Shown: piece by piece, positions 1 to 10,636 of the stretch
Numbering within the stretch: the first letter of the stretch is position 1
How the letters are laid out: every line of letters starts with the position of its first letter
Assembly: GCA_965218585.1 (NCBI GenBank)
Contig: CBDCLE010000004.1
Span: forward strand, 64,001 to 128,000
Reading direction: 5' to 3'
DNA from: Terriglobia bacterium
Lineage (GTDB): Bacteria; Acidobacteriota; Terriglobia; 20CM-2-55-15
DNA length: 64,000 bases
Notes under the pieces: generated by a model
The model's input: only the letters and a program-made list of their open reading frames with translations
The model's database searches: none
What the model was told of the DNA's origin: nothing
Program-made: the position numbers and the translations under genes

Positions 1-240
1 TAGGCAGGGCCCTTAGTTGTGGGGTGAAATCGTACGGAATCACTGCTGGGCGAGTAGTGCCTCCTCTGTTGACATATTCCCATACTATCTCGCCGTCAGG
101 TTTAACCTGAAAGAGCCAGCCCGTGTTGTCTTCGGCTATGTATTGCCGTTAGGAAGCCGCTTCTGGGTTCCCATGCTCTTGCTGAAGAACTTTATGTTCG
201 CATAACCCTCTGTTTCATATATCCAGACTATCTCCTGAGT
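1..240 (-). pseudogene. C-terminal fragment of an aryl-sulfate sulfotransferase (ASST)-like beta-propeller protein, frameshifted
   Basis: Minus strand reads DPTTQEIVWIYE...FFSKSMGTQKRLPNGNT, then after a frameshift near 138 IAEDNTGWLFQVKPDGEIVWEYVN. The LPNGNT and DGEIVWEY motifs are typical of ASST-family repeats. Confidence 0.55.
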
Positions 241-837
241 TGTCGGATCCCGAACCATGGGTCCGGTTCCGTAGTCGACCTGGGCTTCTTCTCCAGGGTC
301 GGTTTGGATGATGCCGACCGCTACGGGAGACCGCACGCCCCGGAGTTTGCGAACGAACCGCTTGACCGCTTCGTAGCTGCTGGCAAAGCCATGATCCGTA
401 ACCAGGTCCTGCCAGATCGCCATCGCGTTGCGGCCACGCTCCAGCGCCTGTTCGATCGTCTCCCGGTACGGCTCGCAGGAACTGCTCGACGGTGGGCTCG
501 ACGACTCTGCCGGACCGGATTCTCGGCCTCCGAGTCGGTGGTCACTTCGTTGGCCGGTTTTGCCGGTCGCCGGCCCCAGCTACCGGGCGGCCGTACGGGG
601 ATTCCGGCCGCTCTCAGATACCCACTGGCCGTCTCACGGCGAACGCCAGTGGTCTGTTCAATCCGACGCAGCGGCCATCCAAGCCGCCCCAATGCAACAA
701 CTTGTTCTCTCTTTTCTGTGCTCAAGACATTGCTCATGCCGACGGAGATTACTCCGCCTGCTGTCAATGTCCCGGGCCTCTATCGTTGGCCGGTTTTCAG
801 GTGACCACCATTGGCCGGTTTTGGGTGACCGCCGAGG
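240..837 (-). mobile_element. istA: Truncated IS21-family element: one end plus the 5' part of istA, frameshifted
   Basis: ATG at 737 gives MSNVLSTEKREQVVALGRLGWPLRRIEQTTGVRRETAS (HTH). Another frame continues CEPYRETIEQALERGRNAMAIWQDL...PGEEAQVDYG. Tandem end repeats TTGGCCGGTTTT..GGTGACC lie at 786-806 and 811-830. Confidence 0.8.
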
Positions 838-2064
838 GTGATAGCGATAGCGTGGATTCCCTTAGCCGCCCGAAACAATCGCTTTGGCGGTATCTATGTA
901 GATCTGGACGCACGGCGATTTTCTGAAGCGGAGATGGAATTCCTGACGAGTATCGGGATTATCGCATCTCATGTCCTAGCAGCGATTCTGTGGGCATCGG
1001 TGAAACCCGAAACAAGCGATAAGAACCTGGAAATAGAAAATATAGTCGGACGGTCCAGGAAGATCCGAGAAGTTTATTCCCAAATCGATGTCGCGGCTAA
1101 GGGCAACGCTACAGTTCTCATCGAGGGAGAAAGTGGTACGGGAAAGGAACTTGTAGCCCAGGCGATTCACGAAAACAGCGACCGTGCCAAAGCACCTCTA
1201 ATTACCGTAGATTGCGGCGCCATTCCCGATACTCTCATTGAAAGCGAACTCTTCGGCAGTCGAAAAGGCTCGTTCACTGGCGCCACGAGTGACCGAGCGG
1301 GCCTCATCGAGGCTGCGCACAAAGGTACCCTTTTTCTGGACGAGATATCGAACACGAGCCCAAGCCTTCAAATCCGTCTGTTGCGAGTGCTCCAGGAAAA
1401 AGAAGTCCGCAGGATAGGAGACGCAAAGAATCGATCAGTCGACGTACGATTGATCGCAGCGACTAATTCAAACCTAGAATCGCTAGTAGAGAAAGGCCAG
1501 TTTCGTCAGGACCTCTTCTACCGTTTGAACGTCCTCCATATCACCATACCGCCTCTTCGGAAACGCAAGGAAGACATCCCGGATATCGCACGCTCGTTTC
1601 TGAAGCGGTTGAACACAACCAACAAGACACGAAAACGATTTAGTACAGTTGCGCTCGAACAACTTACGACGGGAAACTACCGGGGAAATGTCCGCGAGCT
1701 TCAGAATATGGTTGAACGCGCCTACTTCCTAGCTGCCGATAGCAATACGATCAAGGAGGTAGCCGTGAATTCTGCGGCCGCAGGGCAGGACTCGGACGAA
1801 GTCGATTCCTGGTTCAAAGACCTACAGGCAGGACGTACTGATTTCTGGTCCGCCATTCACGGTCGCTACAAGAAACGCGACATCTCGCGACAAAAGGTGG
1901 TAGCCCTGATGCACCTCGGACTCCGAGAAACCCATGGCACGTACAAGGCTGTCGCAAGGCTATTTCGTGTAAAGGACAAGGAATACCGGCGCTTTATGGA
2001 TTTTCTCAGGCGAAACGACTGTTTGCCGGACTTCAGACCATACCGACGATTGCGTCTGGAATAG
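838..2064 (+). CDS. Sigma-54-dependent enhancer-binding protein (partial GAF + AAA+ + C-terminal HTH), probably 5'-truncated by the IS21 end
   Basis: Motifs [35 protein letters not shown] and GNVREL. The ORF begins directly at the IS end, apparently inside a GAF domain. Confidence 0.85.
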   Translation: MIAIAWIPLAARNNRFGGIYVDLDARRFSEAEMEFLTSIGIIASHVLAAILWASVKPETSDKNLEIENIVGRSRKIREVYSQIDVAAKGNATVLIEGESGTGKELVAQAIHENSDRAKAPLITVDCGAIPDTLIESELFGSRKGSFTGATSDRAGLIEAAHKGTLFLDEISNTSPSLQIRLLRVLQEKEVRRIGDAKNRSVDVRLIAATNSNLESLVEKGQFRQDLFYRLNVLHITIPPLRKRKEDIPDIARSFLKRLNTTNKTRKRFSTVALEQLTTGNYRGNVRELQNMVERAYFLAADSNTIKEVAVNSAAAGQDSDEVDSWFKDLQAGRTDFWSAIHGRYKKRDISRQKVVALMHLGLRETHGTYKAVARLFRVKDKEYRRFMDFLRRNDCLPDFRPYRRLRLE

Positions 2065-2292
2065 CCCATTCCTCACCCGTCGTTCCGATCATCGACGAGC
2101 AGGACCGAATGTGTTTCAGGAAACAGGTCTTGAAGGGTCGGCAATCACTGTAGACCGGAAGGCGGTAGTTGTAGGTTCATTAAAGGAGAGGCATCGAGAG
2201 ACCAGTTCAGCAAAGACAAGGCCTCTGCCGGATTGGCAACGATTCTGAACTGCCCAAACAGCTACAATTACCCCACATGCTACTATCCTCCC

Positions 2293-2961
2293 ATGCCGCC
2301 CCTGGTCCGAATCTCCTCTGTCCGCAAGGTCTACGACGCTGACGGGAAGCCTGTTGCGGCGCTCAAAGGCGTGTCCCTATCAGTTGATCCTGGTGAATTT
2401 CTGGCCCTGATGGGCCCGAGCGGCTGCGGGAAATCGACCCTCCTCCACATCATCGGCGCCATGGACCGGCCCACGGAAGGTGAGGCCTGGATCGAAGACG
2501 CGCCGATTCACCAACTGCCTGAAGAAGATCTGACTTTAGTCCGCAGGAACAGGGTCGGTTTCGTCTTTCAGTTCTTTCATCTCCTTCCCACGCTGACAGT
2601 CGAAGAAAACGTCTCACTGCCTTTGTTGCTGACCAATGGACACAACGTGGATCATGCCCATGTCAGATCTATTCTGGAAACCGTCGGCTTGGAAGATCAG
2701 CTCGGCGCTCGCCCCAGCCAGCTTTCCGGAGGGGAACTACAGCGGACCGCCCTCGCGCGCGCAATCGTCCACAACCCGGCGCTGGTCGTAGCCGACGAAC
2801 CGACAGGGAACCTCGATTCCGAAAATGGGCAGATTGTCCTGGAGCTCCTCACCGGTTTGGCCAGGCGGGGGACGACCGTCGTCATGGCCACACATAGCAC
2901 CACCGCTGCGGGGTATGCGGCTCGCACGGTCCGCCTAAAAGACGGTCAACTGCAGGAATAG
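2293..2961 (+). CDS. ABC transporter ATP-binding protein (LolD/YbbA-like)
   Basis: GPSGCGKS, LSGGELQR and ADEPTGNLD motifs; likely ATG at 2293. Confidence 0.92.
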   Translation: MPPLVRISSVRKVYDADGKPVAALKGVSLSVDPGEFLALMGPSGCGKSTLLHIIGAMDRPTEGEAWIEDAPIHQLPEEDLTLVRRNRVGFVFQFFHLLPTLTVEENVSLPLLLTNGHNVDHAHVRSILETVGLEDQLGARPSQLSGGELQRTALARAIVHNPALVVADEPTGNLDSENGQIVLELLTGLARRGTTVVMATHSTTAAGYAARTVRLKDGQLQE

Positions 2962-2964
2962 GCC

Positions 2965-5565
2965 ATGGTTTCCTTCATCCGCCTTTTTCACTGCGTCATC
3001 ATCAAAGATACCCTCGCAAACAGGCTCCGCACATTGCTCACGCTGACCGGCGTGGCGCTCGGAATTGCCGTCGTCGTGGGCGTTCATCTGGCGAACGAAC
3101 GCGCCATCGATTCGTTCAACGACAGCCTCGGGATCCTGAACGGGAGGGCCGACCTGCAGATTGAGGCCAACGGTCTGGATCTGGACGAAACGCTGGTGGG
3201 CGACCTCTCCTGGGTATGGGACATAGGCGTCATGGCCGCGATTGTCGAAGGCCGGATGGAGCTGGACATCCAGGGCATCCAACCGGACCGCGATCGTTTC
3301 GATGGGCCCTCGGTCCGGCTATTCGGTATCGATCTTCTTTCGGACGCACCGTTCAGGACATACCAGACGGAAGGAGATCAAGGCGAACTGGGTTTGGACA
3401 CGACTCGGGAGAACTTCATCGATCTCCTCGTCGAACCCAACGCGGTGATCCTGCCCACGGCGCTGGCCGACCAACTGGGTGTCGGTGTAGACGATACCGT
3501 CCCGTTTCTTGTCTCGAACCGGGTCGAAGACTTTGTAGTTAAGGCCATCCTGACGGATAGCGGAATCGCGCGCGCTTTCGACGGACGGATCGTCTTCATG
3601 GACATCGCCGCCGCCCAAGTAACATTGGGCCGAATGGGCAGGATTGACCGGTTAGAGGTCCTGCTGGATGACCCCTTGATGGCGGACACCGTGGCCGAGC
3701 GGATCCGCGTACAGCTTCCCGAATCGGTGGTCGTTTACCGGCCCGAGGATACCGAAGCGGAAACCGAACGGATGACCCGGGCCTTCCGCTACAACCTGCG
3801 GGCCCTGAGCTATATCGCCCTCATCGTTGGCATGATCCTCATATACAACACGCTGAACATCGCTGTTGTCCGGCGCCGCGGTGAGATTGGAGCGCTCAGG
3901 ACGCTGGGAACGTCGCGGGCAACCATCAAGTGGATGTTCCTGATCGAGGCAACCTTGTTCGGCGTGGTGGGTGCAGCCATGGGAATCGGGCTCGGAGAGC
4001 TCCTGGCGCGGATCTCCGGTGCGCTCGTCTCCCAGACCATATCCTTGCTCTACACAGGAACGCCCGCGGCTGGAGCATCGAGTGGCGTGGACTGGGTCTT
4101 CTATGTCGAAATCCTCGTCCTCGGTGGAATTCTGGCGGCGGCTTCGGGGGCCGGGCCTGCGCTGCGGGCAACAACCATCTCTCCAGTCGAAACCTTGCGC
4201 GCGCGCGGTTCGGGGAAAATGCCACGGTCTCTGACGATCGGAGGCATAGCGGCCATCGTGGCCGGAGTCGGATTGAGCTTTGCGCCGGCCATAGAAGGTT
4301 TTCCGTTTCTCGGTTACGTTTCGGGAGTTTCCTTTATCGCCGGTTTTGGTCTGCTTTCGCCCGTGCTGGCTATGGCATTGATCGCTTTGGGGCGCGGTGT
4401 CGTTACGCGCGTCTTTCCCGGTGAAGGGCGCCTGGCTATACAAACGATAGAAGCGAGCCTCGGACGGGTTGTCGTAGCCGTGATGTCCCTGGCGATTGCC
4501 GTGGCGATGCTCTCAAGCGTGGCGATCATGGTCGCCAGCTTCCGGGACACGATCGTCGTCTGGGTAGATCAGACACTGGAAGGGGACCTCTACCTGAGCC
4601 CGGCCGCGCCAGGTGGGAGCAACGCTCTGGAAGATGAGACGCTCGAGCTATTGTCGGCGGTTCCGGGAATTGCCGCCATCGATCGCTTCCGCGCGATCAG
4701 TATCGACTACGAGGGATTCCCTGCCGTTGTCGGGGCGAGCGAGTTCCAGACCCTGGCCGCTTACAGTCGCCTGCTCTTTGTGGACGGCCGGGCGACATCG
4801 GACGTCGCCCCCCGACTGATCGGGGAGGAGCGTGTGGTGGTGTCCGAACCTTTCGCCCTGCGGCACGATGTCGGTGCCGGGGACACGATCGAACTGCCTA
4901 CGCCCTCCGGGATGGCATCGTTCGAGGTGGAATCGGTCTTCTATGACTATTCGTCGGAAGGCGGTCTTGTGATGATGGATCGGAGTACGTATGTCGCCAG
5001 TTTCACCGATTCGGCAGTCAGCAACGTCGCGGTTTATCTCGATCCGGGCTCCGATTCTGACGTGGTGCGCGCCGATATCGCAGGTCGATTACCCGGTGTC
5101 GAACTTCGGATCGCAACGAATCGGGAACTCCGCACCCTGGTGCTTCGCGTGTTCGACCAGACGTTCCAGATCACGTATGCACTCGAGTTGATAGCACTGG
5201 CGGTGGCCATGCTGGGTATCGCCAACACTCTGGCGGCATTGATCATCGAAAGACGCCCGGAACTTGCTATGTTGCGTTTCATAGGAGCGGCGCGCTCTCA
5301 GATTCGTCGCATTATCGTTATCGAATCAGGGTTGATCGGCGTTCTCGGTGCGACGATCGGTCTGGGTCTGGGCATCGTGCTTTCGCTGCTTCTGGTCAAC
5401 GTCATCAACTTCCAATCCTTCGGCTGGACAATCCAGTTCACGATACCCGTCGGTTTCCTCGCACAGTCGATGGTGGTGGTCCTGCTGGCGACGATTGCTG
5501 CCGGGCTCTACCCTGCGTCTCTGGCTCTACAGATGGATCCGATCGAAGGAATACGCGCAGAGTGA
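2965..5565 (+). CDS. ABC transporter permease, double FtsX/MacB type
   Basis: 866 aa with two periplasmic domain + TM blocks, and RRGEIGALRTLG / RRPELAMLRFIG motifs. Confidence 0.9.
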   Translation: MVSFIRLFHCVIIKDTLANRLRTLLTLTGVALGIAVVVGVHLANERAIDSFNDSLGILNGRADLQIEANGLDLDETLVGDLSWVWDIGVMAAIVEGRMELDIQGIQPDRDRFDGPSVRLFGIDLLSDAPFRTYQTEGDQGELGLDTTRENFIDLLVEPNAVILPTALADQLGVGVDDTVPFLVSNRVEDFVVKAILTDSGIARAFDGRIVFMDIAAAQVTLGRMGRIDRLEVLLDDPLMADTVAERIRVQLPESVVVYRPEDTEAETERMTRAFRYNLRALSYIALIVGMILIYNTLNIAVVRRRGEIGALRTLGTSRATIKWMFLIEATLFGVVGAAMGIGLGELLARISGALVSQTISLLYTGTPAAGASSGVDWVFYVEILVLGGILAAASGAGPALRATTISPVETLRARGSGKMPRSLTIGGIAAIVAGVGLSFAPAIEGFPFLGYVSGVSFIAGFGLLSPVLAMALIALGRGVVTRVFPGEGRLAIQTIEASLGRVVVAVMSLAIAVAMLSSVAIMVASFRDTIVVWVDQTLEGDLYLSPAAPGGSNALEDETLELLSAVPGIAAIDRFRAISIDYEGFPAVVGASEFQTLAAYSRLLFVDGRATSDVAPRLIGEERVVVSEPFALRHDVGAGDTIELPTPSGMASFEVESVFYDYSSEGGLVMMDRSTYVASFTDSAVSNVAVYLDPGSDSDVVRADIAGRLPGVELRIATNRELRTLVLRVFDQTFQITYALELIALAVAMLGIANTLAALIIERRPELAMLRFIGAARSQIRRIIVIESGLIGVLGATIGLGLGIVLSLLLVNVINFQSFGWTIQFTIPVGFLAQSMVVVLLATIAAGLYPASLALQMDPIEGIRAE

Positions 5566-6695
5566 TGGCATATATGCACAGAAGGAAGATTGTTCTGGTC
5601 GCGCTGGCGATTTTCTTGGCGGCACGGGCCGTTGCGCAGGCGCCAATACCCGTGGAAGTCTTCGAACCCGAGTATCGACTCGCGGTTCCCGGCTATCAGT
5701 ACGAGTTTCCGCGCGATCACGGGGCACATCCGGATTACAAATTGGAATGGTGGTACTACACCGGGCAACTGGACGCGGAAGACGGCCGAAGCTTCGGTTA
5801 CGAACTGGCATTCTTCCGGATCGGCATGGACCGACGAGCCCTCAGCCCTTCGGCATGGGCGATCGATGATCTGCACGTAGCGCACTTTGCCATCAGCCGG
5901 TTGTCGGACGATGGTTTCCAGTTCTGGGAACGTGTGAACCGGGCCGGGCCGGGGATCGCTCACGCCGGCGTGGACACGCTGGACGTCAAAAACGAAAGCT
6001 GGACGGCAGTCCTCGAAGAAGACGTCATGAAACTGCGTGCGTTTGCCGACGGCGTTCTGCTGGAGCTGGAATTGCGATCGGACAAACCACCTGTTGTACA
6101 TGGACCCAATGGAGTGAGTCAGAAGGCGGACGGCGTGGGACAGGCGTCGCATTACTATTCAATGACACGCATGCAGACTGAAGGGTTGCTCTCGATCGAG
6201 AGCGTTCCACTTCGCGTGTCCGGAACTAGCTGGATGGACCACGAATTTGGAACCAACCAGCTGGCCCCCGATCAGGTGGGTTGGGATTGGTTCAGCCTGC
6301 AGTTAGACAACGGCGAAGAACTCATGCTCTACCAGTTGCGATTTGCCGACGGTCGGATCGATCCGAACTCGAGCGGGACTGTCATATCGGTCGATGGCGA
6401 ACCTACACACGTCGAACTTAACGAGTTCACCATCCAGTCCCTGCGCGAGTGGGCCAGCCCCACCAGCGAAGCTGTGTACCGGCTGGATTGGGAACTGGCA
6501 TTGCCGGACCAGGACACGGTGTTGCGCGTCATTCCGTTGATGGACAACCAGGAACTCTATACGGTCCGATCGACCGGTATCGTCTATTGGGAAGGCGCCG
6601 TGCGAGTGGAAGGCATCTGGAAAGGCGAAGCGGTGACCGGGCACGGTTATGTGGAGCTGACCGGTTACTCCGACCGGTATCGGCCCAGCGTATGA
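5562..6695 (+). CDS. AttH/CrtC-like lipocalin-fold secreted protein
   Basis: Signal peptide; FPRDHGAHPDYKLEWWYYTG, WMDHEF, GWDWFSLQL, YWEGAV and GYVELTGY. ATGA overlap with the permease. Confidence 0.85.
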   Translation: MMAYMHRRKIVLVALAIFLAARAVAQAPIPVEVFEPEYRLAVPGYQYEFPRDHGAHPDYKLEWWYYTGQLDAEDGRSFGYELAFFRIGMDRRALSPSAWAIDDLHVAHFAISRLSDDGFQFWERVNRAGPGIAHAGVDTLDVKNESWTAVLEEDVMKLRAFADGVLLELELRSDKPPVVHGPNGVSQKADGVGQASHYYSMTRMQTEGLLSIESVPLRVSGTSWMDHEFGTNQLAPDQVGWDWFSLQLDNGEELMLYQLRFADGRIDPNSSGTVISVDGEPTHVELNEFTIQSLREWASPTSEAVYRLDWELALPDQDTVLRVIPLMDNQELYTVRSTGIVYWEGAVRVEGIWKGEAVTGHGYVELTGYSDRYRPSV

Positions 6696-7087
6696 CATCC
6701 TCCGTACTCACGGTAGTCGCCGCTATCATCCGGCGTGACGGACGCCTGCTCCTGACCGAGCGCCCTCGAGGCGTTCACCTGGGAGGACGGTGGGAGTTTC
6801 CCGGTGGCAAATTGGAACCGGGTGAGTCGCTCGAATCAGCTCTCCAGAGAGAGCTCGCCGAAGAACTCGGCATCACAGTCGAAGCGGACCGTCTCTATAT
6901 GGAAACCAGGCATCGATACCCGGAACGCGAAGTCCATTTACACTTTTTCGAATGCCGGATTAAGACCGGAACGCCCGAGGCTCGCAGCGCCACAGCGTTG
7001 GGCTGGTTCCGGCCTGAAGAACTCGGCGGACTGAGTCTACCGGAAGGGAACCGGGAACTCGTGGCAAAGCTGCAAACAGAAGAGTGA
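6692..7087 (+). CDS. NUDIX hydrolase, MutT/NudG-like
   Basis: Nudix box GGKLEPGESLESALQRELAEELG; ATG at 6692 overlaps the upstream stop. Confidence 0.88.
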   Translation: MTSSVLTVVAAIIRRDGRLLLTERPRGVHLGGRWEFPGGKLEPGESLESALQRELAEELGITVEADRLYMETRHRYPEREVHLHFFECRIKTGTPEARSATALGWFRPEELGGLSLPEGNRELVAKLQTEE

Positions 7088-7093
7088 AGCTTT

Positions 7094-7366
7094 CTACTGG
7101 CTGACGACCAGGCTCCCGGCGTTGATCCAACCTTCTCTTCCCACGTTGCGACCTTCCAGGGCACGAACGATGACGTTGGTGAATCGGGTCTCGACGATCA
7201 CGACCCGCGTCCTTTCATTGATGACGAAAGCCCGCCCCGCGGCCACAAGCTGATTGAGTCCCGTCTGATCGCCCGAAGTCTCGAGAGCGCTGACTGCGGA
7301 CCACGCATCCTCGTCCACACCCAGAACGGAAGCGATAGTGACGACGGCCTCCTGACCGGCGGTCAT
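7094..7366 (-). CDS. Small hypothetical protein or C-terminal gene fragment
   Basis: Coding-like MTAGQEAVVTIASVLGVDEDAW...VRALEGRNVGREGWI. The upstream part of the ORF-track call lies inside the IS110 non-coding end. Confidence 0.4.
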   Translation of the reverse strand: MTAGQEAVVTIASVLGVDEDAWSAVSALETSGDQTGLNQLVAAGRAFVINERTRVVIVETRFTNVIVRALEGRNVGREGWINAGSLVVSQ

Positions 7367-7624
7367 ACCACCTAGACCGCGACGATTTGGTCTGGGCGCG
7401 TAAATCACCAGCGCAACAACCTTCCGCTTATACGGGGCTCTATGGAAGGGGCTGTCAAGAGAAACACGTCCCCGCCGAGCGGACCACCGTACCCAACACT
7501 GTCGTGGCAGCCAGCCCCTGTCTCCGTTGAGACGAACTGTTGATCCGGCATCGCAGAGAAGTCGATCACTCATCACAACGTGGTGTGGTTTCGAGAAACT
7601 GAAAAGCGCAAAGGGGTCGTGATT

Positions 7625-7755
7625 GCCGACCACGGTTCTATCTGAGCCTCGAGGGCTATCGCTTTTCCAGGTCGTGCGAGGGGGGATAGAGTATTACATG
7701 GGCCTTCAGCAAGCGCTGTGTGCCAACCGCGTATCGGATCCTCACCCTCGACCCT
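7625..7755 (-). ncRNA. Putative bridge/seekRNA of the first IS110
   Basis: Segments match the empty target and the circle junction (see findings); boundaries approximate. Confidence 0.55.
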
Positions 7756-7824
7756 ACCGTTCCGACGCCTCACCGACGACGAGCGGTCGAATGCCTCGCG
7801 CTGTCGGCAGAAGTCTGGAAACGG

Positions 7825-8886
7825 CTATGTCGCCAAGTTCAGTTTCTTTGCGTTAAACGTGTCTCCTTTCTTCCACATCTTCAGTGCGGTCGCTGCAATC
7901 TTCCTCGCCAGTGTCAGCCGAGCCATCTCCTTACGCTTGCCGTCTTTCTGGAGCCCCTCCAGGTAGCTTTTCCAAGGTTCGGCCCCCATGCCTCCGGTCG
8001 CCGCCCCGATGAACACATCTTTCAAACGTCGGTTGCCGTTGCGGTTCAGTCCCCGCGTGGCGATCGGCTTTCGACGACGTACCACACGACTCCCTTCCTG
8101 CTCATACTCCGCACTCATGTGCATTGCCACGGCCAGACCGCTGTAGTTCCAGAGCTGGCGTTTGGTTCGAAATCGATGCGGGGTGTCCCCCGTCGCTACA
8201 ATCAAGGCGCAACGTATCGGTCCCAACTGGGGAATCGTCTGCAATATCCCCACCGCACGATGCTTGCGGCTCTCGGTTAACATCGCCAGCTTCGCTTTTT
8301 TTCTTAACCCTCTCAGATGATCCAGCTCCTCATACAACCATCCGGTACGCCGCCGTGCACCGGTATTGGCGAGCTGTTCGATCCAGTGTTCCCGCTGCGA
8401 TGGGAGGTAGACGCCGTGGCCCGGCGTCCGGATCCCACGTCCTCGATACATTGCCTTGATCCGAACCATCGTCCGCTGCGTATCCAGGGTCAAGGTCTCA
8501 TATCCGCGGACCAGTTCTTTCAACGTCCGCGTCGCATCGTGCCCGTGGTAGACCGACCGCAGCCATCCGGCCCGGAGCAGCTCGGCCAGTTTCAGGGCAT
8601 CCACCCGGTCGGTCTTGGACCCGTCACTGAGCAGTTTGTTCCGTCTGGGATCACACACGATCACTTCGCTCACATATCCCCGGACCACGTTGTAGAGCCA
8701 TTCGGCCTGCGTGGTTTCTTCAAACGTCACGTGCAGCTCACCACTCAGACTCTCCAGCAAATCAATGATTGGCCCGGCCTGGGTCTCTACGATCTTTTCC
8801 CAGACCAGTTTGCCGTCTGCGTTTAAGACCATCACCACCGTCGTTGCCTGGTGCACATCCATGCCGATATACTTGGCCTGTTTCAT
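7825..8886 (-). CDS. IS110-family DEDD recombinase/transposase
   Basis: YIGMDVH, FEET, KTDRVDALKLA, IPQLGPI and YSGL...HMSA motifs. Confidence 0.93.
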   Translation of the reverse strand: MKQAKYIGMDVHQATTVVMVLNADGKLVWEKIVETQAGPIIDLLESLSGELHVTFEETTQAEWLYNVVRGYVSEVIVCDPRRNKLLSDGSKTDRVDALKLAELLRAGWLRSVYHGHDATRTLKELVRGYETLTLDTQRTMVRIKAMYRGRGIRTPGHGVYLPSQREHWIEQLANTGARRRTGWLYEELDHLRGLRKKAKLAMLTESRKHRAVGILQTIPQLGPIRCALIVATGDTPHRFRTKRQLWNYSGLAVAMHMSAEYEQEGSRVVRRRKPIATRGLNRNGNRRLKDVFIGAATGGMGAEPWKSYLEGLQKDGKRKEMARLTLARKIAATALKMWKKGDTFNAKKLNLAT

Positions 8887-8993
8887 TTACGTGCTCCTTT
8901 GTCTTTGAATTCAACGCAGCTACGTTGAATGGGTTGTTGTCGGGAGATTTTCCTCCTGGCAACAGCCGACAAAGGGGCGTCCTTCCTTATAGC

Positions 8994-10043
8994 GTATTCT
9001 TTGGGGTGAATCCCGGGGAGGAACAAAGTACTGAACCTCCCCGCTGTTGGATGGATCGCTTATCACAGACGATCCTCGGACCCTTTCAGGACGAAAACCC
9101 GGCGTTTGCAAGACCGATGTTCCCACCCCCGTTGGATGTTCCTTTTGAAGAAAGAGCATCTGAAGATCGCAGGCCCGAAACGGAAGATTTTGACTATCTG
9201 CTTGATTATTACAACGATATCGCAGCTCGGACCATCTGGACACTATTCAGCCTGGTAGCACTGACTCTCTTTTCCTCGGGTATGTTCCGTCAACAACCAA
9301 AGTCAAAGTTGGTGGCGGCAGTTTTCGTTATCGCTGTCACCTTTTTACACCTGTTGCAGTGGACCTCACTCGCCTCCGCTTACGGTCGTCTTTACGTACC
9401 TAGCGTGGTTTTTCAAAATGTGCTGAGAACAGTGGATTTGGAACAGAATGTTCGTCTGGAAGACGAAAAATGGCCCTTTCCTGGACCTGGCTTGGACCGT
9501 GATGACGCGCTGGGTGAGCCAGTGCGGCTCACAAACTACTGGCCCATTCGTCCGGAGCAGGAGAATTCCTTCGCAGTTGCTTTCCGCTGTTTTCAAACAA
9601 GCGGTAACTCCAGAGAACTGAGACGGACACACGCTCAAGCCAGACCTGCCCCCAGGGGCGACGGAGTCACGGTTTTTGAGGGAGTCCTGTTTTCGGAGGT
9701 AATCGACCTTTGCTCGAGCACTGAGACTGAAGGAACCAGCTTCCTCGAGATCTACGATGGCTATGGAGACGTAACCGGCGACCTGAACGTGAGCGAGGCC
9801 TTAGGGGCCTTGGAGGAGTGGAGGGAACGCGAGAGCGAATTTGACATTTTGGAGGAGTTCCTGATTGATCAACGGACCGCACTGACAGAAGAATTAGGAA
9901 GCCTCGAACAAGAGGAAGGCCAACCGGGAGCACGAGAGGTAGAATTACAAGATTCGCTCAGGCAATTTGACGAGCAACTGAGTGAAGCACAGAGACAGTT
10001 GGACGAGGAACGGCAACGACTGTTGGGGCCACGAGGAATATGA
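8994..10043 (+). pseudogene. 5'-truncated membrane protein with C-terminal coiled coil
   Basis: Two TM segments and a heptad-rich tail. The frame runs back across the IS110 empty site only to a stop at 7373-7375, with no convincing start. Confidence 0.5.
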
Positions 10044-10095
10044 AACGAATGCTTCGGGCGGGCGAGACCGAGACCCCATGACTGTCGGACGCGTT

Positions 10096-10400
10096 AAGCG
10101 TCGCGGCTTCCCGTGACCGTTCCGGTATCCTCGTCGATTCGGACTCCGCTCCGACTTTTCCCGACCCAGAAATTGAGTGACTTCGTCCTCGAGCAGCTCC
10201 TGTAGCCAGACTTGGACCCGGGATCGCGCCCAGTCCTCCAAACCTTCATACGCGTTCGTTGACGCCACTGATGCCGGTATGTTCTTCTTCTTCATGGGTG
10301 GTGTACCTTTCTCCCGATTGCTGCCGGGATTGCTTACGGTTTCGAATTCACCGAAAGCGTACACCGCCTTCTCTTTTTACACACCGATTGGAACGACCTC
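10096..10400 (-). mobile_element. Truncated copy (left end + tnp 5') of the IS256-family element
   Basis: Matches the first ~305 bp of the copies at 15372-16736 and 43083-44447, including IR GAGGTCGTTCCAATCGGTGTGTAAAAAG. Confidence 0.93.
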
Positions 10401-10636
10401 TCGGCGGCTCCACAGGGACCTACAGCTTCGGAGTATCGCTAAGTGCACCAGCGAAATGAGTGACTAGCGCCTTCGTAGCAACGTTCCCAGCCTCAGAGAA
10501 CCCAGAGATCCACAGTTCCTGCCGGGACGCGCTGCTTAGCCTTATACCCGGTAGAACTCTAGTCCGCGGCAAACAAGCCGCTATAGAGATCGAAGCTGGC
10601 GAGGGTCAAACCGGATACTTGCAAGCGTCCCGCCTT

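Larger units (their letters stand above)
7439..8993 (-). mobile_element. IS110-family element (IS1111-like layout, non-coding region downstream of tnp)
   Basis: Core dinucleotide GC at 7437-7438 and 8992-8993. Short subterminal IR (GGAAGG/CCTTCC). About 390 bp of non-coding sequence lies 3' of the transposase. Confidence 0.8.

Noticed and set aside
2112-2125. Palindrome TGTTTCAGGAAACA resembling parS
   Set aside because: It is two bases too short for parS spacing, and no function can be supported.
2136-2149. 13-bp match (GGTCGGCAATCAC) to the IS110 non-coding region near 7620
   Set aside because: It is too short, with no flanking similarity seen, so probably chance.
8769-8993. 5' part of the 424-aa ORF
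   Set aside because: It lies within the IS110 end and is a fortuitous open frame.
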